In this document: positions 37,606-47,430 of the stretch, one piece after another
How the letters are laid out: each line of letters starts with the position of its first letter
How positions within the stretch are numbered: position 1 is the stretch's first letter
Assembly: GCA_947259765.1 (NCBI GenBank)
Contig: CAMYNG010000003.1
Location: 35,540-99,539, forward strand
DNA length: 64,000 bases
Reading direction: 5' to 3'
Origin: an uncultured Ectothiorhodospiraceae bacterium
GTDB taxonomy: Bacteria > Pseudomonadota > Gammaproteobacteria > CAMYNG01
The notes under the pieces: model-generated
Told to the model about the DNA's origin: nothing
The model's input: the letters and a program-made list of their open reading frames with translations, nothing else
The model's database searches: none
Position numbers and translations under genes: made by a program

Positions 37606-38148
37606 ATGTCGACACAGAATCAATACGCCACGCCGCAAAGCAATCTGGACGCCGGTGGCGATGGATATGGTGAAGTAAAAATATTTTCCGCCAGCGGCCG
37701 ACTCGGGCGCTTGCGCTACCTGGCTTACACCTTTGGAATTTCTCTAGTCGGCATGATCATTATAGGGGTGCTGTCCGGCGGCATGGCTGCGGGCGGTACC
37801 GGCATCGGATTTATTAGTGGCCTGCTAATTTTAATTGTTTATATCGTACTGCTGGTCATCAGTTTCATGCTCACCATCCAACGTTGCCACGACTTCAACG
37901 CGTCGGGCTGGTTATCCCTGTTGCTATTCGTTCCGTTGGCACCGCTTATTTTCTGGTTTGTTCCCGGTACGGAAGGCAGCAATAACTACGGCGCGCCACC
38001 GCCACCTAATTCCACGCTGGTAACCATTGCCGGACTACTCATTCCAATTTTGTTCATTGTCAGCATGTTTGGTGTAATGGCCGCCATTGCGATTCCCGCC
38101 TATAACCAATATATACAAGCCGCGCAACAAGCCAGCCAAGGCCAGTAA
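37606..38148 (+). CDS. DUF805-family membrane protein with pilin-like C-terminal helix
   Basis: AAGGAG Shine-Dalgarno sequence. DUF805 hallmarks are GRLGRLRYL, QRCHDFNASGW and NNYG. The C-terminal GVMAAIAIPAYNQYIQAAQQ resembles the type IV pilin alpha-1 helix. Confidence 0.75.
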   Translation: MSTQNQYATPQSNLDAGGDGYGEVKIFSASGRLGRLRYLAYTFGISLVGMIIIGVLSGGMAAGGTGIGFISGLLILIVYIVLLVISFMLTIQRCHDFNASGWLSLLLFVPLAPLIFWFVPGTEGSNNYGAPPPPNSTLVTIAGLLIPILFIVSMFGVMAAIAIPAYNQYIQAAQQASQGQ

Positions 38149-38226
38149 CATCGGGGTAGATGTGCGCAGTCGACAGGCATAGGTGTTTTAACTCTGCTCA
38201 CGTCGCCCATAACATTCAGCGGCACT

Positions 38227-38256
38227 GCCTCCGGCAAGCAAGCGCTTGCCGGAGGC
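38227..38256. other. Perfect 13-bp hairpin
   Basis: GCCTCCGGCAAGC-aagc-GCTTGCCGGAGGC. There is no U-tract on either side. Confidence 0.6.
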
Positions 38257-38428
38257 CCTACCCTCTTGGTATCTCGAGTTTCCACGGCGACTTCGCGAGC
38301 CTCGTTTGGAATCCAACCTATCGTCAACCGGGCTTGAGGTCTGACCAGAAGTAATAACAAGGGAGCAATTCTACCTACGCCGTACGGTTTCACCGTTAAG
38401 TGGGCATTTTACCGTTATAATCCCTGCC

Positions 38429-39109
38429 ATGCTTGATACCAGCCGTTCACTGGAAACACCTGAAGGCGTGAACCTGAGTTTGCGTATTGCCGGTCCGGTG
38501 GTGCGATGTTATGCCTGGGTTATTGATCAGGTGATTCGTATTGTGGCTTATTCGGTGCTTTCCTTTGTTTTGCAATTTACCGGCACCATTGGTATGGGTC
38601 TGCTATTGATTATTGTTTTCCTGATCGAGTGGTTTTATCCGGTCTACTTTGAGGTCATGCACGCGGGGGCCACTCCCGGCAAAAAACGCATGGGCATCCG
38701 GGTGATGCATGACGACGGCACCGAAGTGGGCTGGCAGGCCTCGTTGATCAGAAATCTACTGCGCACCGCCGATCTGCTGCCATTTGCCTATGGTTTTGGT
38801 CTGGTGTCCATGCTGGTGAGCCGTGATTTCAAACGCCTTGGCGATATCACTGCAGGAACGGTTGTAGTGTATCGCGAGCGACCCACGATCTGGACGGATA
38901 TTCCGCAGGCCACGCCACTGGCACCGGCCATTGCCATGACCACCGACGAGCAATATGCGTTACTTCAATTCGCTGAACGCGCCGCGACCCTGACCGAAGA
39001 GCGCCGCAATGAGCTGGCCGATACGTTGCAGGACATCAGCGGCGAACGCGGTGGCATGGCGACGCAGCGCCTGCTGCAAAACGCCAACTGGTTGGTGGGT
39101 CGACGATGA
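38429..39109 (+). CDS. RDD-family membrane protein
   Basis: Three TM segments with the RDD-type layout (..CYAWVIDQVIRIV.., LIRNLLRTADLLP). It is the first gene of a six-gene overlapping set. Confidence 0.65.
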   Translation: MLDTSRSLETPEGVNLSLRIAGPVVRCYAWVIDQVIRIVAYSVLSFVLQFTGTIGMGLLLIIVFLIEWFYPVYFEVMHAGATPGKKRMGIRVMHDDGTEVGWQASLIRNLLRTADLLPFAYGFGLVSMLVSRDFKRLGDITAGTVVVYRERPTIWTDIPQATPLAPAIAMTTDEQYALLQFAERAATLTEERRNELADTLQDISGERGGMATQRLLQNANWLVGRR

Positions 39110-40095
39110 ACCAGGACACCTTCGTCAGCAGACACGAGCAGACCTGGCAACAGTTTGAAGCCTGGCTAGAGTCCGGCAGTTCCAAGCATGCCGGTCAGGT
39201 TGCGATCGAAGAGATGCAAATCGACGTGCCGCATTTATATCGCCAGATCTGCCATCATCTTTCTCTGGCGCGCGAGCGCCGCTATAGCGCACACGTGGTA
39301 GAGCGGCTCAACGATCTGGTGCTACAGGGTCATCAACGTTTGTATAGCGCCCGACGTGTGGGTATGCATCAGTTTAACCACTTCCTGTTTGTAGGCTTTC
39401 CCCGCAGGGTACGGCGCGAATGGCGGCTTTTACTTTTGTCGGCATTGTTATTTTACGTACCCATGGTCGGCATGTTCTTTGCGGCCCAGGTTAAGCCGGA
39501 AATTGTTTACAGCGTTATGTCGCCCGGACAGATCGGCCAAATGGAAAGCATGTACGCACCGGAGGCGAAAAAACTCGGCCGTGACATGCGCGAGCGTGGT
39601 TCCGCTGATGACATAATGATGTTCGGTTTTTATATAAGGAACAACATTGGCATAGGCTTCCAGACCTTCGCCGGCGGTCTGCTATTTACTCTGGGAAGTA
39701 TTTTTTTTCTCGTTTTCAACGGCCTGCACATCGGCACCGCTGCCGGACATCTCACACAAATCGGTTCCACCACGCCGTTTTTTTCCTTTGTTGCGGGCCA
39801 CAGTGCGCTTGAACTTACCGCCATTGTCCTGTCGGGCACGGCCGGTATGCGGCTGGGAATTGCCTTGCTCAAACCCGGTCGATTAACGCGCCTGCAAGCG
39901 CTGAAGATTGCCGGCAGGCAAAGTGTTCCACTTGTTTATGGCGCAGCGTTGATGTTGGTGGGCGCGGCGTTTGTCGAAGCATTCTGGTCGTCCACAAAAG
40001 TGATTGAACCTGCCGTTAAATACACGGTGGGCATCGTATTCTGGGTGTTGGTGCTCGGTTATTTTTTGTTCGCGGGTGTTGGCCGTGAAGATTGA
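39106..40095 (+). CDS. SpoIIM/DUF95-like membrane protein
   Basis: FYIRNNIGIGFQTFAGGLLF..FNGLHIG..AGHSALELTAIVLSG. The start overlaps the previous stop codon (ATGA). Confidence 0.65.
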   Translation: MNQDTFVSRHEQTWQQFEAWLESGSSKHAGQVAIEEMQIDVPHLYRQICHHLSLARERRYSAHVVERLNDLVLQGHQRLYSARRVGMHQFNHFLFVGFPRRVRREWRLLLLSALLFYVPMVGMFFAAQVKPEIVYSVMSPGQIGQMESMYAPEAKKLGRDMRERGSADDIMMFGFYIRNNIGIGFQTFAGGLLFTLGSIFFLVFNGLHIGTAAGHLTQIGSTTPFFSFVAGHSALELTAIVLSGTAGMRLGIALLKPGRLTRLQALKIAGRQSVPLVYGAALMLVGAAFVEAFWSSTKVIEPAVKYTVGIVFWVLVLGYFLFAGVGRED

Positions 40096-41623
40096 AAATA
40101 TCGCCGCAGAAGTACGGCCGCGCGTTACCTGGGAATCCGTTGATCTCGGTTTTAGTATGGTGCGGCATTGGTGGAAGCCCATCTTCCTGCCGTGGCTCGC
40201 AACCATGGTTCCGTTTGCTATAGTGGTCAATCTTACTTTGTGGCAACACCCATGGTTGGCACTTTTTGTGTTGTGGTGGACCAAACCGCTTTTTGATCGC
40301 ATCCCGCTGCATGTCGTCAGCCACGCGCTGTTTGGCGAACAACCCAACGTTGCTCAAACGCTTCGTGCATTGCCCAGACTGTTTCGCTTCCATTTTATCA
40401 AGGCACTCACGATACATCGCCTGGATCCAGCGCGCTCCTTTACCTTACCCGTATGGCAACTGGAACATCTCTCCGGTAGAAAACGAGTACAACGTGTCCG
40501 CATACTGCAAAAAAACGCACAAAACACGGCCGTTTGGCTAACGGCCGCATGCCTGTGTTTTATTTTTATAATCGCACTGGGCCTGCTGTTGTTGTTGCTC
40601 ATGCTGGTACCTTCAGATGTGGCGGAAACACTGTGGTATGAATTCAGCGATCAACGCTCGGCCTGGTGGGTGGCACCACTGAGTAACGGCTTCCTGATGG
40701 CGGCAACGATCCTCATCGAGCCCTTTTACGTCGCTGGCGGCTTTGCTCTGTACCTGAACCGGCGCACGCATCTGGAAGGTTGGGATATCGAACTTAGTTT
40801 CCGTCGCTTAGCCGAACGTATACGCGCCAGCCGTGGACAGCTCGCCACTGTTCTTTTGCTCCTGGCGGGCTTGTCCGGAACGGTGATGCTTACATCACCT
40901 GCGCTGGTACATGCAGAAACCACACTACTCTCCCGTGAGCAGGCGCGCGAGAAAATCGATGAAGTTTTTGCGCAACCTGAGTTCAATACCCGAAAAGAGC
41001 GTACCGGATGGTATGCCATCGATCCCCCCGCAGAAGAAACGAAAGAAAAAGACGCTGAAGAGGATGATGGCGAAACCTCATGGTGGGATGAGTTTGTTAC
41101 GTTCATGAAGGCTCTGCTGGCCGTAGGTGACGTAATGGCCTTACTGATGGAGGTTCTGCTTTGGTTGCTGGTTGTTGTGCTTGCCGCACTACTAATTTAC
41201 TTTTTTGCCCGCTGGCGACCCGAGTTCGGCGGCACACGCATGGCGCGTAAGCGACGCCGGTCACCCTGCGCATTGTTTGGAATGGACGTGCGTCCCGAAT
41301 CCCTGCCCGACGATGTTGCCGGCGAAGCGTGGGCCTTGTGGCAGGCCGGCCAAACCGCCGAGGCCATTAGCTTATTGTACCGCGGTGCTTTGGTGACGCT
41401 GATACATCGCGATGGAATTACGCTGGCCTCCAGTGCCACGGAGGGTGACTGCGTGCGCCAGGTTCGCTCTGCCGGTGACAGGATAATGTCGGAAACCACT
41501 GACTACTTTACGCGCCTGACACTCACCTGGCAGTCCCTCGCCTATGCACACCGACTGCCCGCAAGTAGTACCGCCGAACAACTTTGCCAACAATGGCCAC
41601 AACACTTCGAGGAGCAAAAGTGA
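40085..41623 (+). CDS. Polytopic membrane protein with DUF4129-like C-terminal domain
   Basis: The GTG at 40085 overlaps the previous gene by 11 nt. The C-terminal AWALWQAGQTAEAISLLYRGALVTLIHRDGITL..ATEGDCV resembles DUF4129. Confidence 0.55.
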   Translation: MKIENIAAEVRPRVTWESVDLGFSMVRHWWKPIFLPWLATMVPFAIVVNLTLWQHPWLALFVLWWTKPLFDRIPLHVVSHALFGEQPNVAQTLRALPRLFRFHFIKALTIHRLDPARSFTLPVWQLEHLSGRKRVQRVRILQKNAQNTAVWLTAACLCFIFIIALGLLLLLLMLVPSDVAETLWYEFSDQRSAWWVAPLSNGFLMAATILIEPFYVAGGFALYLNRRTHLEGWDIELSFRRLAERIRASRGQLATVLLLLAGLSGTVMLTSPALVHAETTLLSREQAREKIDEVFAQPEFNTRKERTGWYAIDPPAEETKEKDAEEDDGETSWWDEFVTFMKALLAVGDVMALLMEVLLWLLVVVLAALLIYFFARWRPEFGGTRMARKRRRSPCALFGMDVRPESLPDDVAGEAWALWQAGQTAEAISLLYRGALVTLIHRDGITLASSATEGDCVRQVRSAGDRIMSETTDYFTRLTLTWQSLAYAHRLPASSTAEQLCQQWPQHFEEQK

Positions 41624-42879
41624 AGCGCGATTTCATTTTGCTCGCAGTTCTGGTCACCGCGATTCTCGCATTGGGCATCTGGTTTTCCCGGACTTATGAA
41701 TGGCGTACCGAAGAAGTTGAAGTGGGTTTCCAGGGTGAGGCCGCACGCAATCCGCTACTGGCGGCAGTACGCTTTCTGGAAAAGACCGACACACCGGTCA
41801 CTAGCGTGGATAGTGTTTTACAACTGGAAGATATGCCAAAGCAATTCGACGTCGTGGTCATTTCAACCGAACGTTTTGATTTCAGCCCCGAGCGAACCGC
41901 ACGCTTTCATCAATGGGTTGAGAATGGCGGGCATCTTATTGTCACCGCACGACGCCCGGGGGATACGCCGGGATCACGCGATGATCCGCTGCTGGACCCG
42001 TATGGTATCCGTTTTTCAGACGGCGACGAAGATGATGCGCTGGATGAGCTGGACTCAGCCCCGATCGACGAAATAACGGATTCCGGCGCAGCCGAACAAA
42101 TTCACACGCGCACTGATTGCGATGAGCAGGAAGTAGAAAAGCTGAAAACGCCAGCGGAAGATTGCGAAGAGACCATAAAGGTGAAATTCGACGACGACGG
42201 CGACTCACTACTGGTACATTTTGATCCCGGCAAAATACTTGAGATCACAGGCGACACGGATCCCGACTGGTACGTGGCTGACGCTCTGGGCGTGTACTTG
42301 GTCGAATATCGGCTCGGCAGCGGTTGGCTAACGGTACTCAATGACTTCGACTTCATGCACACTGAAAACATTCGCAAACATGATCATGCGGCTTTTTTGT
42401 GGCGGCTGCTACACATTGATCAACACCGCGGTTCTGTCTGGTTCATTACCCACGAAGACATACCGGCACTGAGTGCCTTAATCTGGGCGGCCGGTAAACC
42501 AGTCGTGATTGTACTGCTGGCTTTGCTTGCCGCCTGGTTATGGAAGAGTTCACGCCGCTTCGGCCCTGTGTTGGCAAGCCCCCCTCCTCCACGGCGCAGT
42601 CTGCGCGAGCATATTCGCGCGAGTGGCTTTTTCTTCTGGCAAACACAACAACAAACGCTACTGCTTGAAAACACGCGCCAGGCCGTGCATGCCCAAATCG
42701 AGATATTGCATCCCGGCTGGAAGAGTCTGCAAACCGATGATCTTTTTGCCCGCCTCGCGGAAGCCAGCGGCTTGCCGGTTGAAGAGATCACCCACGCGTT
42801 ACAGGCGGACGAGGTTGTTAACGAGGCACAATTTACCCGCTATATCCATACTCTTGAAACCGTAAGGAAAAAATTATGA
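41620..42879 (+). CDS. DUF4350-like membrane-anchored protein
   Basis: GTGA overlap with the previous stop codon and a GAGGA Shine-Dalgarno sequence. There is an N-terminal TM, an acidic central region and a second TM. The family call is tentative. Confidence 0.5.
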   Translation: MKRDFILLAVLVTAILALGIWFSRTYEWRTEEVEVGFQGEAARNPLLAAVRFLEKTDTPVTSVDSVLQLEDMPKQFDVVVISTERFDFSPERTARFHQWVENGGHLIVTARRPGDTPGSRDDPLLDPYGIRFSDGDEDDALDELDSAPIDEITDSGAAEQIHTRTDCDEQEVEKLKTPAEDCEETIKVKFDDDGDSLLVHFDPGKILEITGDTDPDWYVADALGVYLVEYRLGSGWLTVLNDFDFMHTENIRKHDHAAFLWRLLHIDQHRGSVWFITHEDIPALSALIWAAGKPVVIVLLALLAAWLWKSSRRFGPVLASPPPPRRSLREHIRASGFFFWQTQQQTLLLENTRQAVHAQIEILHPGWKSLQTDDLFARLAEASGLPVEEITHALQADEVVNEAQFTRYIHTLETVRKKL

Positions 42880-43868
42880 GTGACAATGGTGCCGCCGGCG
42901 CTGACGCAACGGCAATTCAAAACGCACACACACTGGCCAGCCGCTTGCGGGAACAAATCGGTCAGGTCATGGTCGGCCAGAACCAGGTCGTCGATCAGGT
43001 GTTAATCGCCCTGTTTGCCGCCGGCCACGTATTAATAGAAGGCGTACCCGGCCTTGGAAAGACGCTGCTGGTACGCGCACTGGCGAAAACCTTTAACGGT
43101 AGTTTTTCGCGTATCCAGTTCACCCCTGACCTGATGCCCAGCGATGTCACCGGTCATGCCATGTACGACATGAAAACAGAGTCGTTCAAGATCCGGCGCG
43201 GCCCGGTGTTTACGCATTTGTTGCTAGCCGATGAAATTAATCGCGCGCCGGCCAAAACACAGGCTGCGTTACTCGAAGTCATGCAGGAACAGCAGGTGAC
43301 GATCGAGGGCAAAGCCATGCCCATGGTGACACCGTTTATGACGCTGGCCACGCAAAACCCCATTGAACAGGAAGGTACTTATCCACTACCCGAGGCACAG
43401 CTTGATCGATTCCTGCTAAAAATTCTTATCGAGTACCCATCAATCGAAGAGGAAAATCAACTCGTTAGTATGGTCACCGGACAGCAGATCGGCGACACCA
43501 TTAACGTTGATGCGGTACAAGCCATTGTTACCGGTGAAGACATCAAACGAATCCAGCAAATCACTGCCAGCCTGCAGGTGGATCAGCGTGTAGTGGACTA
43601 CGCGGTACGCATTGCCCAGAAAACCCGCACCTGGCCTGGCATAACCGTTGGCGCAGGACCACGCGGCGGCATCGCACTTATCCGTGCGGCCCGCGCCGCG
43701 GCACTGCTAAACGGTCATGACTTCGTAACGCCCGATGATGTCAAAGACATTGCCGCTGCGGCTCTACGACATCGCATAATTCTTGCGCCGGAAATGGAAA
43801 TTGAGGGCCAGACCCCGGACAGCATGCTTGCCACAATTTTGGAAAATGTTGAAGCACCGCGCACATGA
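42876..43868 (+). CDS. MoxR-family AAA+ ATPase
   Basis: Walker A GVPGLGKT, Walker B LLADEINRAP, ATQNPIEQEGTYPLPEAQLDRF and ATGA overlap with the previous gene. Confidence 0.9.
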   Translation: MSDNGAAGADATAIQNAHTLASRLREQIGQVMVGQNQVVDQVLIALFAAGHVLIEGVPGLGKTLLVRALAKTFNGSFSRIQFTPDLMPSDVTGHAMYDMKTESFKIRRGPVFTHLLLADEINRAPAKTQAALLEVMQEQQVTIEGKAMPMVTPFMTLATQNPIEQEGTYPLPEAQLDRFLLKILIEYPSIEEENQLVSMVTGQQIGDTINVDAVQAIVTGEDIKRIQQITASLQVDQRVVDYAVRIAQKTRTWPGITVGAGPRGGIALIRAARAAALLNGHDFVTPDDVKDIAAAALRHRIILAPEMEIEGQTPDSMLATILENVEAPRT

Positions 43869-45169
43869 GCCCCGCACCGCGTTTGTTCGTCCTGCTCTTG
43901 CTTGCTTTAGCCTTGGCAATCTATGTCAGCGTGTTTCCGCAACACGAAGATATCTGGAAATCTGCAGGCAGCATTTTGGTGGTGCTTGCCCTGTCTGATT
44001 TTCTGGCTGCACGCTACCTCACGGCACTCAATGTCGAGCGTACCGTCACGACGGCGCTGTCGGTGGGCACCTGGAATCCCGTCCGGCTCAGGCTGCACAA
44101 CCCGACAGGCATGCACCGGCGCGTGGTGGTGTTCGATCATTATCCGCAAAGTGCAGCCATGGAAGGACTGCCACAAGAGGTTAGCCTGCCGCCTCAAGGC
44201 TGGGCCGAAATCAGCTATCAGATCTGTCCCTTGCAACGCGGATGCTTTCAGTTTCCCCAGGTGCAGGTACACGTTTTTTCGCTGCTGGGATTGTGGAAAA
44301 AAAATCTGCTGCGCCCGGTACGCAGTGAAATCCATGTGTTTCCCAATTTTGCCACGGTGATGAAATATTCCCTGCTGGCCACGGATCAACGTTTGACCCA
44401 AATGGGCATTCGGCGCAAGCGCCGTCGCGGCGAAGGACTGGAGTTCCACCAACTGCGGGAGTACCGTGAAGGGGACCCATTACGTCAGATTGACTGGAAG
44501 GCAAGCGCACGCATGCGCAAGCTTATAGCGCGGGATTATCAGGAAGAACGCGATCAGCGTGTCGTGTTTCTAATTGATTGTGGCCGGCGTATGCGCGCCG
44601 AGGACGACCGTCTAAGTCATTTTGATCATACGCTTAATGCAGTGCTGCTATTGTCGCACGTTGCGCTGCGCCAGGGCGACGCGGTTGGCATCATGACCTT
44701 CGGTGGACCGGAGCGCTGGTTGTCGCCGCGAAAATCAGTCAGCAGCATCAACCAGATCCTCAATACCTTGTATGACTTGCAACCCGGCTTACAGGCGCCC
44801 GACTATTCCAGTGCCGCGACGCAGCTGGTGGGACGTCAGTCTCGCCGTTCGCTGGTCGTGTTGATCACCAACGTGCGGGATGAAGACACCGACGATTTAC
44901 TGCCCGCGCTGGCCCTGTTGCGCCGTCATCATCTGGTAATGCTGGCTAGCATGCGCGAAATGGCGCTCGACGACGCGCTGGACGAGCCGGTAAAGGATTT
45001 TGATAGCGCACTTGAGCATGCCGCAACGCACAACTATCTCGCCTACCGCCGCCGCGCACATGAAAAACTCAGCCAAGGTGGCGTCTTTACCCTGGATGTG
45101 CGGCCCGATGAATTACCGGTGCACATGGTAAACCGTTATCTTGACATCAAAACCAGTGGTCTTTTGTAA
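43865..45169 (+). CDS. DUF58 protein (vWA-like partner of MoxR)
   Basis: The hallmark EFHQLREYREGDPLRQIDWKASAR, an N-terminal TM pair and ATGA overlap with moxR. Confidence 0.85.
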   Translation: MSPAPRLFVLLLLALALAIYVSVFPQHEDIWKSAGSILVVLALSDFLAARYLTALNVERTVTTALSVGTWNPVRLRLHNPTGMHRRVVVFDHYPQSAAMEGLPQEVSLPPQGWAEISYQICPLQRGCFQFPQVQVHVFSLLGLWKKNLLRPVRSEIHVFPNFATVMKYSLLATDQRLTQMGIRRKRRRGEGLEFHQLREYREGDPLRQIDWKASARMRKLIARDYQEERDQRVVFLIDCGRRMRAEDDRLSHFDHTLNAVLLLSHVALRQGDAVGIMTFGGPERWLSPRKSVSSINQILNTLYDLQPGLQAPDYSSAATQLVGRQSRRSLVVLITNVRDEDTDDLLPALALLRRHHLVMLASMREMALDDALDEPVKDFDSALEHAATHNYLAYRRRAHEKLSQGGVFTLDVRPDELPVHMVNRYLDIKTSGLL

Positions 45170-45320
45170 ATATCGGTTTTCGTATTTGCCTTCCACGACA
45201 AGTAGCGCACACTCATCGCCGACCCACCTCGTATTGAAACTCAATTCCCAAACTCGCGCGTGAACAGAGCTGCGGTTGCGGTTGGCAGAACCGTGGCACG
45301 CATGAACACGGCTCGTGAAA

Positions 45321-46232
45321 CTACAGGGACGTATTTACGGCGTGACCTGATTCAGTCTGCGCTACCAGCGTGGTGAGTATTTCCTCCATATGATTCACGG
45401 GCAACGAGTAATGTCCCTCGTTTTCCATAAACCACGAGCGACAACCCGGAATTGTCTGGTCAAGAAAATGTCCGAACCTCGACGGTACCATGCGGTCGGC
45501 CTCTCCGTGCCAAAGAAACACGGGTACATCGATTTCCGCTGGATTAAATCCCCACGACTGACCGGCGACCACCAACTCCTGTAGAACACCCCGTGCGCCA
45601 TTGCGAGTTGCCATATCGAAAGTATGCCGCAGTGTATTTTCGACGTCCTTTTGCCCCAACGTTTGCTGGTCTGCCGTCGATAATGTCCACGCGAAATAGC
45701 GATACATTACATACAAAGAAAGTTTAATACCGGGTATCATTCCATACAGGCTAACGTGCAACACACGCGGTACGTGCTGTGCCGCGGCCAATATAAAACG
45801 TGCAAATGCCGGCATACCAATCCAGGATTCCGACATGTCGGGTGGTCCCAGCCCGGCGACAATACCGACGGCCTTGAGACGATCCGGAAACTTCCAGGCG
45901 CAGGCTACCGCATAGGGTGCGCCACCAGAAACTCCCAACATGTCGAACTGCTGAATCCCAAGCATGTCAGCCAGCGCGGTTACGTCATTCGGCCAATCAA
46001 GCAGACGCCGGTTATGCTGAAAACTGGAGCCACCCACACCGGGGCGGTCGATGGCGATTAAGCGTATCGCCAGCTCTCCCGCCACACGGTCGGCGAGCCC
46101 GGCTTCGAGTCTCGAACTCGGCAAACCGTGACAATAGATAACCGGTTTACCACCAGGATCACCGTACTCCGTGTACGCAAGATGCCGACCATCGTCGGTG
46201 CGCACGATAGAATAAGTTTGTTCCTTAGGCAC
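45321..46232 (-). CDS. Alpha/beta-fold hydrolase
   Basis: HGLPSS oxyanion region, nucleophile elbow GVSGGAP and a C-terminal His region EGHY. Confidence 0.75.
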   Translation of the reverse strand: MPKEQTYSIVRTDDGRHLAYTEYGDPGGKPVIYCHGLPSSRLEAGLADRVAGELAIRLIAIDRPGVGGSSFQHNRRLLDWPNDVTALADMLGIQQFDMLGVSGGAPYAVACAWKFPDRLKAVGIVAGLGPPDMSESWIGMPAFARFILAAAQHVPRVLHVSLYGMIPGIKLSLYVMYRYFAWTLSTADQQTLGQKDVENTLRHTFDMATRNGARGVLQELVVAGQSWGFNPAEIDVPVFLWHGEADRMVPSRFGHFLDQTIPGCRSWFMENEGHYSLPVNHMEEILTTLVAQTESGHAVNTSL

Positions 46233-46244
46233 CGCTGTCTGACG

Positions 46245-47009
46245 CTAGCCCTCGTCAGATTTACCCTCGAGTGCTTCACCAGTCGCTGGAGTTGATGCCG
46301 CACTGGCGCCAAATACATCTCTATACGCGCAGTATTCCGCACAAAACACTACGGGTAAAAGCACGATCAGACCTAAGGCCAGAGGAATGATGGCGAAAAA
46401 CGCCAGCACTATAACGATCACGCCAAAAAACAGATACGGTACGATATTGAGCAGGCAGGCTGAAAAACTTTTCTTTACCGCTTCGAACGGTGCAACGCCC
46501 GCCAGTGCAACCAGCGGTGTGGCAAAAAAGAACAACATTGCCGCCAGTATTTCCAGGACAAGCACCAGAAACATGGAAAACAACATGCCAAATCCCATTG
46601 CGGGACTCGCTGCTTCACCGCCACCGCCCATATACATGGCCGTCATAGCCCCGCCGACCAGGGTCATAATGATCAGAAACATGATAATGCTGACGACAAT
46701 CGCTACAACACCCAGTAATAGCAATGGTTGTAATTTTTCCTTGTCTTGAAAACCCGCGAACATATCCTTTAGCTCAACGGAATCGCCTTGCGCAGAACGT
46801 TGTGCTGCCACCATTAATCCACCAACAAAAACCGGCGCCAGTAAAGCCGTGGCAAGCGAGCCAATAAACGGCACCAAATTCAATATAAATACCGCGACAA
46901 GGAAAATAACCCCAACAATTATCCATGCCGCCGCGTTCTTGGTGAATAAACCCCAGCCATCCGCAATCCAGCCCCATCCGCGTTCCACGCCCAGTTTTTC
47001 AGCTTGCAT
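46245..47009 (-). CDS. Polytopic inner-membrane protein (family uncertain)
   Basis: Five or six TM helices and N-terminal GWGWIADGWGLF. Confidence 0.55.
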   Translation of the reverse strand: MQAEKLGVERGWGWIADGWGLFTKNAAAWIIVGVIFLVAVFILNLVPFIGSLATALLAPVFVGGLMVAAQRSAQGDSVELKDMFAGFQDKEKLQPLLLLGVVAIVVSIIMFLIIMTLVGGAMTAMYMGGGGEAASPAMGFGMLFSMFLVLVLEILAAMLFFFATPLVALAGVAPFEAVKKSFSACLLNIVPYLFFGVIVIVLAFFAIIPLALGLIVLLPVVFCAEYCAYRDVFGASAASTPATGEALEGKSDEG

Positions 47010-47087
47010 AACGTCTCCCCTTTAAACGGTCATTTTAGTGTTAAGGACAGTGTCCTGTTATTGTAAATTGTTTGTTTATTGACAAAA

Positions 47088-47430
47088 TCAGTGTAAACAC
47101 ATTTCGTCTTTAGCTGGCGTTTCATTTTGTTCATGCCACTTACATTTTATTCTCTGTAATTGGTTCAACCCGTCCGTGAGCGCAGCCGGTCCCGGTTGCA
47201 CAATATTCGACAAATTATTTTCGAAGATCATGCCATCACATATAGAACGTGAATACCCGCGGTTTTTCTTTTCGCACCCGTGCAGGTCGCACGATGAAGC
47301 CTGAAATCCCTACAATGCATTCAGACTCGCCGGGCAAAAAAAGTGTTTCTGTTGTCTCGTCCGACAAACAAACGATACGTTCCGGCAAATGTCCTACAGG
47401 AAACGAATACTCGGGAGAATTCGCTGCCAA
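47088..47430 (-). pseudogene. Internally deleted remnant of a TroA/BtuF-like (cobalamin/iron) binding-protein gene
   Basis: ORF 47236..47430 encodes ..PERIVCLSDETTETLFLPGESECIVGISGFIVRPARVRKEKPRV, which is N-terminal-type sequence, and then stops. A shifted frame downstream reads ..SNIVQPGPAALTDGLNQLQRI, which is C-terminal-type sequence. The roughly 170 aa normally between them are absent. Confidence 0.5.

Noticed and set aside
38416-38431. A TATAAT hexamer 7 nt upstream of the RDD start codon, suggesting a leaderless mRNA.
   Set aside because: No acceptable -35 element lies at 17-nt spacing. A single hexamer is weak evidence.
43907-44452. A 181-aa antisense ORF within the DUF58 gene. Similar antisense ORFs are 25133..25687, 27749..28261 and 8745..9185.
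   Set aside because: All of them overlap genes with strong family signatures and show non-protein-like composition.
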